In this document: in pieces, positions 12,486-25,020 of the stretch
Layout of the letters: each line of letters begins with the position of its first letter
Position numbering within the stretch: position 1 is the first letter of the stretch
DNA from: Trueperaceae bacterium
GTDB taxonomy: Bacteria > Deinococcota > Deinococci > Deinococcales > Trueperaceae
DNA: 64,000 nucleotides
Reading direction: 5' to 3'
Assembly: GCA_965213705.1 (NCBI GenBank)
Contig: OZ243913.1
Location: 768,001-832,000 of the forward strand
Program-made: the position numbers and the translations under genes
The notes under the pieces: generated by a model
What the model was told of the DNA's origin: nothing
The model's database searches: none
What the model saw: the letters and a program-made list of their open reading frames with translations, nothing else

Positions 12486-13175
12486 TTAAGGTTTAAACGG
12501 CTCCTCAACCTGCGGAAGCAAATCGCAGTAGGCGAAGCGGTCGTCGCGCAGCACCGTCTCGCCGGCGACCCAGCGCACGGGTTGGCGCAACAGGGGTCCG
12601 GCCCAAACAAAGGTGTGAAACTCGCCGTTTTCACCGCAGGGGTCGACCCCGTGCGGCAGCTCGCGCAGAAGCCGCTCGTCGAAGGCGCGTCCGGCAAAGC
12701 TCGCGTCCAGCGCGTGCGTGTCCACGCAGGTCAGGACGGCCTGAAAACCTGCGCCGATAAAGTCTCGAGCGAGCTGCGCCGTAGCGCGGCCCCACAGGGG
12801 AAACAGCGCGTTCATGTCGTGACGCGCCAACAAGGCTTCGCGGTAGTCCCGCACGTCTTGCAAAAAAAGGTCCCCAGCCGCGACCGTGTCGATGCCGCGG
12901 GCATGACAGCGCTCGAGCGCCGCCCCGAAACGCTGCTCGTAATCGTCGTTGCTGCACTGCGCCGGAATGAGGGCGACGTCCAGGGGCAGGCCGAGCGCCG
13001 CGACCTGGTTTTCTAACAAGCCGAGGCGCACGCCGTGAACGCTGACGCGGTCATCCTCTTCGGTAACGGTCGTCAGGAGGGTGCGGACCTCGACCTCGTC
13101 ACTGCCGAGCAACGTGCTGAGGGCAAGGGTGCTGTCTTTGCCGCCGCTCCAGGACAGGGCGACACGCTTCTTCAC
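12486..13175 (-). CDS. Dph6/diphthine-ammonia-ligase-like PP-loop ATPase
   Basis: SWSGGKDS PP-loop, GDLFL, PLWG, VDPCGENGEFHTFV; GTG 13175 overlaps upstream TGA. Confidence 0.85.
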   Translation of the reverse strand: MKKRVALSWSGGKDSTLALSTLLGSDEVEVRTLLTTVTEEDDRVSVHGVRLGLLENQVAALGLPLDVALIPAQCSNDDYEQRFGAALERCHARGIDTVAAGDLFLQDVRDYREALLARHDMNALFPLWGRATAQLARDFIGAGFQAVLTCVDTHALDASFAGRAFDERLLRELPHGVDPCGENGEFHTFVWAGPLLRQPVRWVAGETVLRDDRFAYCDLLPQVEEPFKP

Positions 13176-14128
13176 GCGGGGCTCGAGGTGGCACTTGTCT
13201 CGAGCCTCACCACCTGGTCGGCCCGCCACTGGGGCGGCGCAAACTCAGGGAACGCCGCGGGGTGCAAAATCCCGGCGAGCACTTCCAAACTTTCGACGAT
13301 GCGCGGCCCCGGCCGGCTGAAGTAAGCGTTGCCGTCGACCGCGTACACCTCGCCGCGCTGCACGGCGGGTAGCGTGTGCCAGTGGGGACGGCTCTCCAGC
13401 ACGGCCAAGTCCTGCCGCGCCCGCTCGACGCCCCAACCGCACAGTGCCAGCACGACGGTTTCGGGCTGCGCCGCAACCACCTCGTCCCAGGCGACTTGCG
13501 TGGAGCGTTCGCCCGTGCGACCGAACGGTTCCGCGCCACCCGCGACGTCGACCAGTTCGGGGTTCCAGTGACCGGCGCAAAAAAGCGGGTCGGCCCACTC
13601 GAGCAAAAAGCAGCGCGGGCGGTGTAGCGGCGCGGCTCGAGCCCGCACCGCTTCGATTCTGGCTCGCAAATCCGCCACCACCGTTTCGCCCCGCTCCGGC
13701 ACGCCCGCCACCTGGGCCACGGTGCGCACGTTGTCGAAAATGTCGGCGAGCGAGGACGGCTCCAGACTGACCACCTGCGGCTCGCTCGGCAGCGCCGCCG
13801 CCATCCTCGCCACCGAGCCGTAACCCACCGCGCACACGTCGCACAACTTCTGGGTCAGGATGACGTCGGGCCGCAGTTCGCGCAGCATGGGTTCATCGAG
13901 TCTATACAGGGTGCCGTTGTTTGTAAGCGTGTTACGCACCCAGCGGTCGACCTCAGCACTCGACAAGCCCGCGTTGTGAACCGGGCAGTGCGTCACGCGC
14001 GCGCGACGATTAGCCTCGGGTGGAAAGTCGCACTCGTGCGAGACGCCGACGAGCGCGCCCAGCAAGCCTAGTGCGCCGACGATTTCGGTTGCGGCGGGTA
14101 CAAGCGAGACGATGCGGGGGTTGGTCAT
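13172..14128 (-). CDS. BtuF-like cobalamin/iron-binding protein lacking a signal peptide
   Basis: RIVSLVPAATEIV, VGVSHECDFP, TQKLCDVCAV, YFSRPGPRI; ATG 14128 with GGAAGG RBS. Confidence 0.82.
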   Translation of the reverse strand: MTNPRIVSLVPAATEIVGALGLLGALVGVSHECDFPPEANRRARVTHCPVHNAGLSSAEVDRWVRNTLTNNGTLYRLDEPMLRELRPDVILTQKLCDVCAVGYGSVARMAAALPSEPQVVSLEPSSLADIFDNVRTVAQVAGVPERGETVVADLRARIEAVRARAAPLHRPRCFLLEWADPLFCAGHWNPELVDVAGGAEPFGRTGERSTQVAWDEVVAAQPETVVLALCGWGVERARQDLAVLESRPHWHTLPAVQRGEVYAVDGNAYFSRPGPRIVESLEVLAGILHPAAFPEFAPPQWRADQVVRLETSATSSPA

Positions 14129-14227
14129 GGTCAACCTTCCTCCTACGAGCCAGTCTCGCTACAATAGGGCGAGAAGGACGAATAAGCCAAGCATACAGCG
14201 CTTGCTGGGGTGGACACGGCTCCAGAA

Positions 14228-14252
14228 TAAAAAGCCCGCTGCAAGGCGGGCT
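14228..14252 (-). terminator. Probable intrinsic terminator of gyrB
   Basis: AGCCCGC/GCGGGCT stem followed by a T-run on the minus strand just after the gyrB stop. Confidence 0.65.
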
Positions 14253-14273
14253 CCGTCGTTGAGAGTTAAGCGT

Positions 14274-17585
<3,312 letters not shown>

Positions 17586-17762
17586 TCAGTATACCCTTTA
17601 AGGCAACCGTAAAACAACTTACAAACGACGTTGGGGACGAAAATTTGGCAGTTTCCGGACTCTCTTTTCCGTTCCCGGCTCGAGCCGGACTCATACCGAC
17701 ATTCGGGTAGCTGGGCGCGGTAAGCTGAGCTTGAAAAATTCACAGCTCGAGAGGAGCAGCAC

Positions 17763-18011
17763 ATGGACCAAACAGAAGAAATCAGCGCGTTGGAAGACCT
17801 CATCACCAAGCTTACGGACGTGCAGCACAGCTACCAGGCCGTCATCGAGAAGATGGCGCGGCTGCAAATGGAGGCCGAGGAGCTGGCACCCGAGGTGGCT
17901 GAGCAGTTGCAACCGGCTTTTCAGGACACCTCAAAAGGCCACGAAACCGTGTCCGGCATCGTTCAGGATTTGCAGTTCAAGGTCAACCAGTTGCGCAACG
18001 AGGCGTCGTAG
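17763..18011 (+). CDS. Small coiled-coil hypothetical protein
   Basis: 82 aa, heptad-like acidic sequence, GAGGAG RBS, host-like codon usage. Confidence 0.7.
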   Translation: MDQTEEISALEDLITKLTDVQHSYQAVIEKMARLQMEAEELAPEVAEQLQPAFQDTSKGHETVSGIVQDLQFKVNQLRNEAS

Positions 18012-18022
18012 CTAACAAAACC

Positions 18023-19345
18023 TCAATTGCCGCAGGCGTCCCAATTTTGCAGACAGTCCAGTATGATGTCGCGCTCTTGGGGGACGGGTTGGAAAGGCGC
18101 CGGGCCGGGCTCTGTCCGAAGGGGTAGCGGACCGGACGCCGTTTCGGCAGGGGCGGGCACGGCGACGGGCGGCGGGAAAGACGGAACCGGGAACGGGCGC
18201 GGCGTAATCGTTATCGGCCGGCCGCCCCCGACGGTGGGCGCGGGTGCGGCCGGTAAGGCGGTCGGGGTCACTACGGCTCGTGTCGGCACCGTTTGAGAGT
18301 TCACCGGGCGGGCGTCCTGCGCCGAACTCGTGGCTGTCGCGGACGACGAGGGTGCAGGGATAGTTGCGGCGGCGCTGTTGTTGTAGGCCAGCGCGATGTC
18401 CCGCGCGCCCTGGCCGCTCTCGTTGCGAACGGCTGCGTCCGCTCCGGCGGCGAGTAGGGTCTGCACGACTTCGGGAGCGTTCGTGTTGCGCGCGGCGTAC
18501 ATCAGCGGCGTCCAACCGGCGTCGCTGGCGGCGTTTACGTCGGCCCCGGCGGCGAGCAGGGCTGTGACCACCGCGCGGGTGTTCGAACCCGCGGCGTACA
18601 TGAGCGGGGTCTGCCCGTAGGCGTCACGTGTGTCGACGCGAGCGGTCTCGAGGGCCTGTTCGACCTCGGCGGGCGTCAGGTCCCTGGCCGCGGTGAACAG
18701 GTCGGGCGCTTCCGCCGCCGGGTTCTCAGGTGATGCGGACGAGTCCGTGTCGGCGTTCTCAGCAGGCGCAGAGGCGATGACGGGCACTGCCGACGCCGAG
18801 GTTTGTTGCGCCTCCTCAGAGACGGTCTCGACGACAGTCCCGATATCGGCCGTCGCCGAGGCGATTCGGGGGAGGACGCTCTCGGGACTGGTTTCCGCGT
18901 TCGTTTCGGGGGTGTCGGTGACGGCCGCTTTTTGCACAGGCTCGGTAGGCGCTGTTCGCGACGCCCCGGTGTCGGACGAAACCGTCACCTCGGGCAGCAC
19001 GAGCGAAACGAGCGTGACCATCGCGACGACGCCGAGCAGGGCCAGCAACCAAGGCAGGGTTTGCCGCTTCAGGCGCGCGGCTCGAGAAACCGCCGGTTTG
19101 GGTTTGGTCATTTTGCCGCGGATGCCCAAACGCTGGCAAATCGCCACGAGCGCTTCAGCTTCGTCCTGCCCCAGCACGATGACGTCGGCCTTGAGAAGCG
19201 CTTCGGCCTCTGTTAGGCTCAGGTCGAACTTCGTAGCGACCGCCCGCGCCACCGCTTGCAGTTCGGCGGGCGTGGTGTCCTCGGCGATGTGGACGGTGAT
19301 GCGGTCGTTCGTCGTCCCTGGTGAGCGCGTACTCGGTCCCTTCAT
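18023..19345 (-). CDS. Membrane-anchored ankyrin-repeat protein with Pro/Ala/Thr-rich linkers
   Basis: GQTPLMYAA, GWTPLMYAA, LLAAGADVN repeats; one TM segment; ATG 19345 seven nt after TATGAT. Confidence 0.8.
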   Translation of the reverse strand: MKGPSTRSPGTTNDRITVHIAEDTTPAELQAVARAVATKFDLSLTEAEALLKADVIVLGQDEAEALVAICQRLGIRGKMTKPKPAVSRAARLKRQTLPWLLALLGVVAMVTLVSLVLPEVTVSSDTGASRTAPTEPVQKAAVTDTPETNAETSPESVLPRIASATADIGTVVETVSEEAQQTSASAVPVIASAPAENADTDSSASPENPAAEAPDLFTAARDLTPAEVEQALETARVDTRDAYGQTPLMYAAGSNTRAVVTALLAAGADVNAASDAGWTPLMYAARNTNAPEVVQTLLAAGADAAVRNESGQGARDIALAYNNSAAATIPAPSSSATATSSAQDARPVNSQTVPTRAVVTPTALPAAPAPTVGGGRPITITPRPFPVPSFPPPVAVPAPAETASGPLPLRTEPGPAPFQPVPQERDIILDCLQNWDACGN

Positions 19346-19533
19346 ACGGGGCATCATAGCGCAGCGCCGCTACGGTTTTCGTACAGACGTACACCCGCGC
19401 GGCGTTTGTGAAAACGGGGTTTGGAGGGTCGTTGGGACACCCCTTTACTTAAAGCCCTGGGCGTAAGTCAGGCGTTAGTGGGGACCTCGAGCCACGTCGC
19501 GTGGCCGTGAGGACGGGTCTTGAGCCGGGAACT

Positions 19534-19648
19534 TATACCCTTCCCGTTTGATTTTCTCGGAACTAAACGCGAGAAGAAATACGGATTTCGATAAGGAAGC
19601 GAACAACTATTCCAAAGGTTACGAGCTGTAGTAGCGGAATCCGTATTA
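19534..19648. repeat. ~120-bp dispersed intergenic repeat, copy 2 (opposite orientation)
   Basis: TATACCCTTCCCG...CGGAATCCGTATTA; reverse complement aligns with 11286-11410. Confidence 0.85.
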
Positions 19649-19689
19649 CCCTGTCGGTGATGCGACCTCTACCCAGCGCCACGGTGCCG

Positions 19690-20634
19690 TTACTTGGAAA
19701 GCGTGTGCAAACCCAGGCGCTTCAAGTGCTTTGTCAACGCCTCGGGGCTACGGGTGTGGAACATCCTGAAGCCGACCTCCCTCAGCTTGTCCCAGTTGCG
19801 CTCTTTGCCCCAGGAATGGGTCTCGAGCACCAGCCCGGCTTCCTTAGCGGCGCGCACCGCTTCCAGCCCGGCCTCGGTGAGTTCGTTGTCGTCGAAAAAC
19901 ACTTCGATGACGCGGAGGTCGAACTTCGACACCGCCGCGCGCACCTCCTCCGATGTGCGGGTGCGAAACATGAGAAGGTTGGGCGTATAAGGCATTCCCT
20001 CCGCGACGAAGTTTTGTAACATCTGAGTGTCGACTTCCGACAGGTCAAAGCGAAAAAAAACGTGTCCCAACATCCCGTGCTTTTCCACCAGCCGCACCGT
20101 GTCGGGGAAAGTCTCGAGCGGCGGCCGGTAGTCTATTTTGAACAGGATGCGCCCCCTGGCGCGCAGCAAAAACTCTTCAAACGTCGGCACGGTCTCGTCG
20201 GACAGGCGGCCGTTTTGATACTTGAGCCGCAGTTGCCGCAACTCGGCCAGGGTGAGGTCTTCGACGCGCCCGCGCCCGTTCGTGCTGCGGTCTACAGTGA
20301 GGTCGTGCATCACGACGATGTGGCCGTCTTTGGTTTGAGCGAGGTCGGTCTCGTAAACGTCGAAGCCTTGTCGCACCGCCTTGTCGATGTTGGCGAGCGA
20401 GTTCTCCGGCGCGCGGTTCTCCCAGTCGCGGCCCCAACCGCCGCGGTGCGCGACGACGAAGACGTATTTTGAGGCCGGGTCGGCGAGTTCACCCAGCAGC
20501 GCCGCCGCGCGGTTTGAAGCGTCTTCGGAAAAAAGGGTGTAGCCGAGTTTTTTGAGTGGGTACAAGCTGCCGACGAGCAGCGTTTTTTGCCGCCGCAACC
20601 CTTTGAGTAAGCCCGGCGGAAGTTTGGAGCGCAC
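19690..20634 (-). CDS. Glycerophosphodiester phosphodiesterase family protein
   Basis: VAHRG, APENSL, ETDL..TKDG..VVMHD.TVDRSTNG; start uncertain. Confidence 0.87.
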   Translation of the reverse strand: MRSKLPPGLLKGLRRQKTLLVGSLYPLKKLGYTLFSEDASNRAAALLGELADPASKYVFVVAHRGGWGRDWENRAPENSLANIDKAVRQGFDVYETDLAQTKDGHIVVMHDLTVDRSTNGRGRVEDLTLAELRQLRLKYQNGRLSDETVPTFEEFLLRARGRILFKIDYRPPLETFPDTVRLVEKHGMLGHVFFRFDLSEVDTQMLQNFVAEGMPYTPNLLMFRTRTSEEVRAAVSKFDLRVIEVFFDDNELTEAGLEAVRAAKEAGLVLETHSWGKERNWDKLREVGFRMFHTRSPEALTKHLKRLGLHTLSK

Positions 20635-20649
20635 TGCCCGACGCCTGCT

Positions 20650-21906
20650 CTAACCCCGCACCTGACCGTTACCTTCAACGAGGTACTTGTAGGTAACGAT
20701 TTGGGCTAAGCCCATCGGCCCTCGAGCGTGGAGCTTTTGGGTCGAAATACCGATTTCCGCGCCGAAGCCGAAGACGAAGCCGTCGGTGAAGCGCGTCGAA
20801 GCGTTGACGAACACCGCCGCCGCGTCGACCTCGTCTTGAAACTGTCTAGCGTTTTTCATGTCGCTCGTGACAATCGCCTCGCTGTGCTGCGTGCCGTAGC
20901 GGGTGATGTGAGCGACGGCCTCCTCGAGCGAAGCCACCACCTTCACCGCCAGCTTGTAGTCGAGGTATTCGGTCGCCCAGTCCTCTTCGGTAGCCGTCAA
21001 AGCGCCGGAATAAAGTTCGCGCGTGCGCTCGTCGGCGTAGAGGGTCACGCCTGCGTCTGCAAGAGTAGAAAGCGCCTCCGGCAAAAACGCCTCAGCCACG
21101 TCTTCATGAACCAGCAGCGTCTCCGCCGAGTTGCACACGCCTGGGCGCTGCACCTTGGCGTTCATGATAATGTCTTGCGCCATTGCCAAATCCGCCGAAG
21201 CGTCCACGAACACGTGGCAGTTGCCCGTTCCGGTCTCAATAACCGGCACCTTCGCGTTCTCCACGACGTGCTGGATAAGCGACGCGCCGCCGCGCGGGAT
21301 GACGAGGTCTACTTGGCCTCGAGCTGTAAGTAATTCGGTGACCAGTTCACGCTCGGGCGAATCGACGAGTTGCACCGCGTCCGCAGGCAAACCCGCCGCC
21401 ACAAGCGCCTCACGCATCACCCCCACCAACACGCGGTTGCTGGCAAGCGCGTTCGATGAGCCGCGCAGCACCGCCGCGCTGCCCGCTTTCAAGCACAGCG
21501 TCGCCGCGTCGACGGTCACGTTCGGCCGCGACTCGTAAATCATGCCGATGACGCCGAAGGGCACCGTCACCTTCTGCACGCGCAGGCCGTTGGCAAGCGT
21601 CCAACCTTCCGAAACCCGGTGCAGCGGGTCGGGCAACTCGGCGAGCAATCGCACCGCGGCAGCCATGTCCTCAACGCGCTTTTCGGTCAGGGTGAGGCGG
21701 TCGACGAGCGCGGCGGACGTGCCCTTACTCCCCTCGGCGGCGACGTCTTTTGTATTAGCTTTCAAAATATTGGCGGCGTTGGCGGTAAGCGCGTCGGCAA
21801 CCGCGTACAGCGCGGCGTTGCGGTTCGCGCGGGGCAACTTGCGGCTGGCGGCTCGAGCCCGCGCCAACGTTTCTTGCAAGTTAAAGGTGGGTGTCAAAAC
21901 GGCCAT
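20650..21906 (-). CDS. proA: Gamma-glutamyl phosphate reductase
   Basis: GMIYESRPNVT, IPRGG, GVCNSAET, NASTRFTDG, GISTQKLHARGPMG; ATG 21906 five nt after TATACT. Confidence 0.96.
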   Translation of the reverse strand: MAVLTPTFNLQETLARARAASRKLPRANRNAALYAVADALTANAANILKANTKDVAAEGSKGTSAALVDRLTLTEKRVEDMAAAVRLLAELPDPLHRVSEGWTLANGLRVQKVTVPFGVIGMIYESRPNVTVDAATLCLKAGSAAVLRGSSNALASNRVLVGVMREALVAAGLPADAVQLVDSPERELVTELLTARGQVDLVIPRGGASLIQHVVENAKVPVIETGTGNCHVFVDASADLAMAQDIIMNAKVQRPGVCNSAETLLVHEDVAEAFLPEALSTLADAGVTLYADERTRELYSGALTATEEDWATEYLDYKLAVKVVASLEEAVAHITRYGTQHSEAIVTSDMKNARQFQDEVDAAAVFVNASTRFTDGFVFGFGAEIGISTQKLHARGPMGLAQIVTYKYLVEGNGQVRG

Positions 21907-21972
21907 GCTCGAGTATAGCTTATCCGCCGACACCGCCACCCGCGTGCTAAATTGTGCCTAAAGGAGGTTCCC

Positions 21973-22206
21973 ATGCCTCGCCTCACCCTACAAACGACCC
22001 CCGAGTTTGAAGAAAACCTCAAACGCATCATGAAGCAGAAAGCCCTCAAAACTAAGAGCGAAGCCGTCCGCTTTGCGGTACATGAAACCGCCGAGCGTTT
22101 GCAGGCCAAATTTGACTACTCGACCCTTTTGGGCCTGGGCAATGTAGGACCTACCAACCCCAATCCTCGTTTCAAGTCTGACGATGACCTATGGGAAAAG
22201 GGCTGA
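21973..22206 (+). CDS. Small ribbon-helix-helix / antitoxin-like protein
   Basis: 77 aa; beta-strand then KTKSEAVRFAV helix; AAGGAGG RBS. Confidence 0.6.
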   Translation: MPRLTLQTTPEFEENLKRIMKQKALKTKSEAVRFAVHETAERLQAKFDYSTLLGLGNVGPTNPNPRFKSDDDLWEKG

Positions 22207-22343
22207 AGCGGGGGTTGTAAATTTATGCAAACCGACTCTCCTTTTGGTTTGCGCGTATTTTGATTTGCGCGTAGACGGTGCCGGAGAAACTTTGTGGGAA
22301 CCCCATAACTGACCAAAGTAGACAATCTTGTATAACGAACGAT

Positions 22344-23909
22344 TCAACCGCCTTCGTAAGTCCAGCGCCCCGCCTTCATCGTGCCGGTAACCTCGAGCCC
22401 GTCCAGTCCCTCGTGGGGGTCATGCGACAAAATCACGAGGTCGGCGTCGTACCCGGGCTTGAGTTGCCCAGACCGATGTTCCCAAGAAATCGCGTAGGCG
22501 GCGTCGCGCGTGTAGCCCGCCAGCGCCTCGTCGAGCGTCATGGCTTCCGACGGCGTGAACACCTCGCCCTCTTCCGAGGCGCGGCTGAGCGCAGTTCGCA
22601 AACCCTCCAACACGTCCGGCCCGGCGACCGGCGTGTCCGAACCGAGGGCGAGGATAGTGCCCGCACTTAACAAGCTCCGCCAGGCGTGCGTGGTGTGCAG
22701 CCGCTCGCCGAGTATTTCGCTCGTGCGTTTGGCGTCGAACCGGAAGTGAATCGGCTGCACCGACGCGATGACGCCGAGACTGGCAAAACGCCCGATGTCG
22801 TCTTTGTGAAGGTGTTGCGCGTGTTCGACGCGGGGGCGCATTCCGCGCGGTTGCCATAGGTCGCGGGTTGCCGTAAGCGCGTCCAGCACCGCCCGCACCG
22901 CCGCGTCGCCGATGGCGTGCGTGACCGGGACGAGGCCCGCTGCTATGGCTAGGGGAAAGCGCTCGAGCATCGTCTCCAGGCCGTGAACCGGCATCCCGGT
23001 CGTCGTCGTGCCTTCGTAGGGCTCGAGCATGTGCGCGGTGAGGCTGCCCAGGGCACCGTCGGCAAAAAACTTCGCGCCGCCCACCTGAAAAAACTCGCCG
23101 CCCTGCCCGGTCGCCACCCCGACGGCGGCGGCATGTTCGATGTTCACCTGGTCGATGCAGGCCCAGACGCGCAGCGGGTAATTCTCCTGCGAGGCTTGCA
23201 GCGCGATGTTGCGCCAGTAGCTCGCGGGCTCGGCGGCCATGTGGTGGACGGTGGTAATTCCCAACCGCGCTAGGTCACGGCCCGCCGCCTCCAAAGCCTC
23301 TTGGATGTCCGCGTCGGTCGGCGCGGGCAGCGCGTCCCAAACGAGCCCCGCCGCGTGCTCGAGCAGCAGCCCGGTCGGTTCGCCGGTCTCATCTTTGACG
23401 ATTTCACCGTTTTCGGGCTGAGGCGTCGCGGCGGTTATCCCGGCCAGCTCGAGGGCGCGTGAATTCACCCAGGCGCTGTGGTGGTCTTGCGAACGCAGAA
23501 AAACGGGCTGGTGGGGCGCGACGCGGTCGAGGTCGCGCTTGTGGAGTTCGGCGACGTTCCACCGTGCCATCAAAAAGCCTGCGCCTAGAATCCAGGACTC
23601 CGCGGGAAGTTCGCGGGCTCGAGCCGCCACCCGCCGCAGACCTTCTTCTTGCGTCGTCGCGTCGTGGAGCGTCACCTGCGCCAGTTCGAAACCGTGTTGC
23701 GTCAGGTGCAGGTGGCTGTCGTGGAAACCTGGCAGCAAAGTGCGGCCCTGCAAGTCCACCGTCACGGCGTCGTCTGCGACGTGGACGCGCACCTCGGCCT
23801 CGCTGCCGACGGCTAAGATGTGCGTTCCCCGCACCGCTAAGGCCGCGGCTTTGGAAGCGTCCGGGTTCATCGTCAAAACCGGGCCGTTGCAAAAGATGAG
23901 GTCGGGCAT
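22344..23909 (-). CDS. Amidohydrolase (YtcJ/Amidohydro_3 family)
   Basis: PGFHDSHLH, KFFADGALGS, HAIGD, RVEHAQ, GSDTP, ADLVIL. Confidence 0.9.
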   Translation of the reverse strand: MPDLIFCNGPVLTMNPDASKAAALAVRGTHILAVGSEAEVRVHVADDAVTVDLQGRTLLPGFHDSHLHLTQHGFELAQVTLHDATTQEEGLRRVAARARELPAESWILGAGFLMARWNVAELHKRDLDRVAPHQPVFLRSQDHHSAWVNSRALELAGITAATPQPENGEIVKDETGEPTGLLLEHAAGLVWDALPAPTDADIQEALEAAGRDLARLGITTVHHMAAEPASYWRNIALQASQENYPLRVWACIDQVNIEHAAAVGVATGQGGEFFQVGGAKFFADGALGSLTAHMLEPYEGTTTTGMPVHGLETMLERFPLAIAAGLVPVTHAIGDAAVRAVLDALTATRDLWQPRGMRPRVEHAQHLHKDDIGRFASLGVIASVQPIHFRFDAKRTSEILGERLHTTHAWRSLLSAGTILALGSDTPVAGPDVLEGLRTALSRASEEGEVFTPSEAMTLDEALAGYTRDAAYAISWEHRSGQLKPGYDADLVILSHDPHEGLDGLEVTGTMKAGRWTYEGG

Positions 23910-23996
23910 AAAGGTCAGGAGAAAGGAAAAAGGAGAAAGGAGAAAGTGGGCATGAGTTGAGTTTACCGCAGTCGAGCGAAGCGGGCTCAGGTTTGG

Positions 23997-24857
23997 CTAA
24001 ACAAGCGCTTCAGGACCGGGCAAGCGCAGGTAGTTCACCAGCATCCCCGCCAGCAACAGGGCCGACGCGACGCCCTCCGTGACCGAAAAAACCTCGCTGT
24101 AAACGAGCACGCCGAGGCCCAGGGCAATGAGGGGGCTCACGAAATTGTACAGCGCGAGTTTGGACACCTCCCAACTCGTTAACAGGTAGTTGTAGAGCCA
24201 GAATCCCAGCAGCGACCCCACCCCGACGAGGTACATCAGACTGAGGAGGGCTCTCGAGTTTGACAGCGCGGCAAATACATCGACCTGTGGCCCGAGCAGC
24301 AGATTGGCTGCCAACAGGACGCCGCCGCCCACCGCCAGTTGCCAAGTGGTGACCGCAAGCGCCCCGTAAGTTTTGAGCAGCGGCCGGATGAGCAGGCTGC
24401 CCAGCGCGTAGCAGAATCCGCCCAGAAAAATCGCGGCGACGCCCAGAAACTGCGCCCGGTCGCCGCTCAGTTTCGGCACGACCAGGAGCAGCAAACCCGC
24501 CACACCGAACCCCAAACCGGCCAGCTTTTGCCAGGACACCCGCTCCAAACGAAGCGCCAGGCTCAAACCCGTGAGCGCCAAGGCGACCGACCCGAAGTTC
24601 ACCAGGGCGCTGATGCCGGACGGCAAAAACTGCGCGCCCCAGAACAGCAGGCCGTAGTTGAGGGCGATTGCCAGCAGCGCGGCTCCCGTCAAGCGGAGGA
24701 GCGCCCGGCCCTTGGGCAGCACCCGGCTCCGCAAGGCGAGCAAGACGCCGAACACACTCGCAGCGAGCACAAAACGCAAGCCCGCAAAAAGCAGCGGCGG
24801 CAGCGTGAACAACCCCTCTTTGAGCGGTATGAAGGTCGAGCCCCAGCAAAAGCACAA
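23997..24857 (-). CDS. EamA/DMT family transporter with abnormal 5' end
   Basis: CWGSTF, PPLLFAGLRF, about 10 hydrophobic segments; in-frame TGA only five codons upstream of the TTG. Confidence 0.78.
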   Translation of the reverse strand: MCFCWGSTFIPLKEGLFTLPPLLFAGLRFVLAASVFGVLLALRSRVLPKGRALLRLTGAALLAIALNYGLLFWGAQFLPSGISALVNFGSVALALTGLSLALRLERVSWQKLAGLGFGVAGLLLLVVPKLSGDRAQFLGVAAIFLGGFCYALGSLLIRPLLKTYGALAVTTWQLAVGGGVLLAANLLLGPQVDVFAALSNSRALLSLMYLVGVGSLLGFWLYNYLLTSWEVSKLALYNFVSPLIALGLGVLVYSEVFSVTEGVASALLLAGMLVNYLRLPGPEALV

Positions 24858-25020
24858 AAGTAAATAACGTCAGAAAAGGCACAGGTTAGGCCAAAAATTT
24901 CTGCAAAATGACGAGGTCAAACCCGAAGTCGAACTTAAAGCCGACTTCTTTCATGGCAGATTCTATCGAGTTTAGGAGAAAGGATTTGATTTTGCCTCTT
25001 TCCACCTTTTCCTTTCTCCT

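Noticed and set aside
14129..14273. Cobalamin riboswitch upstream of the BtuF-like gene
   Set aside because: Region is short and lacks recognisable B12-box elements; an Rfam scan would settle it
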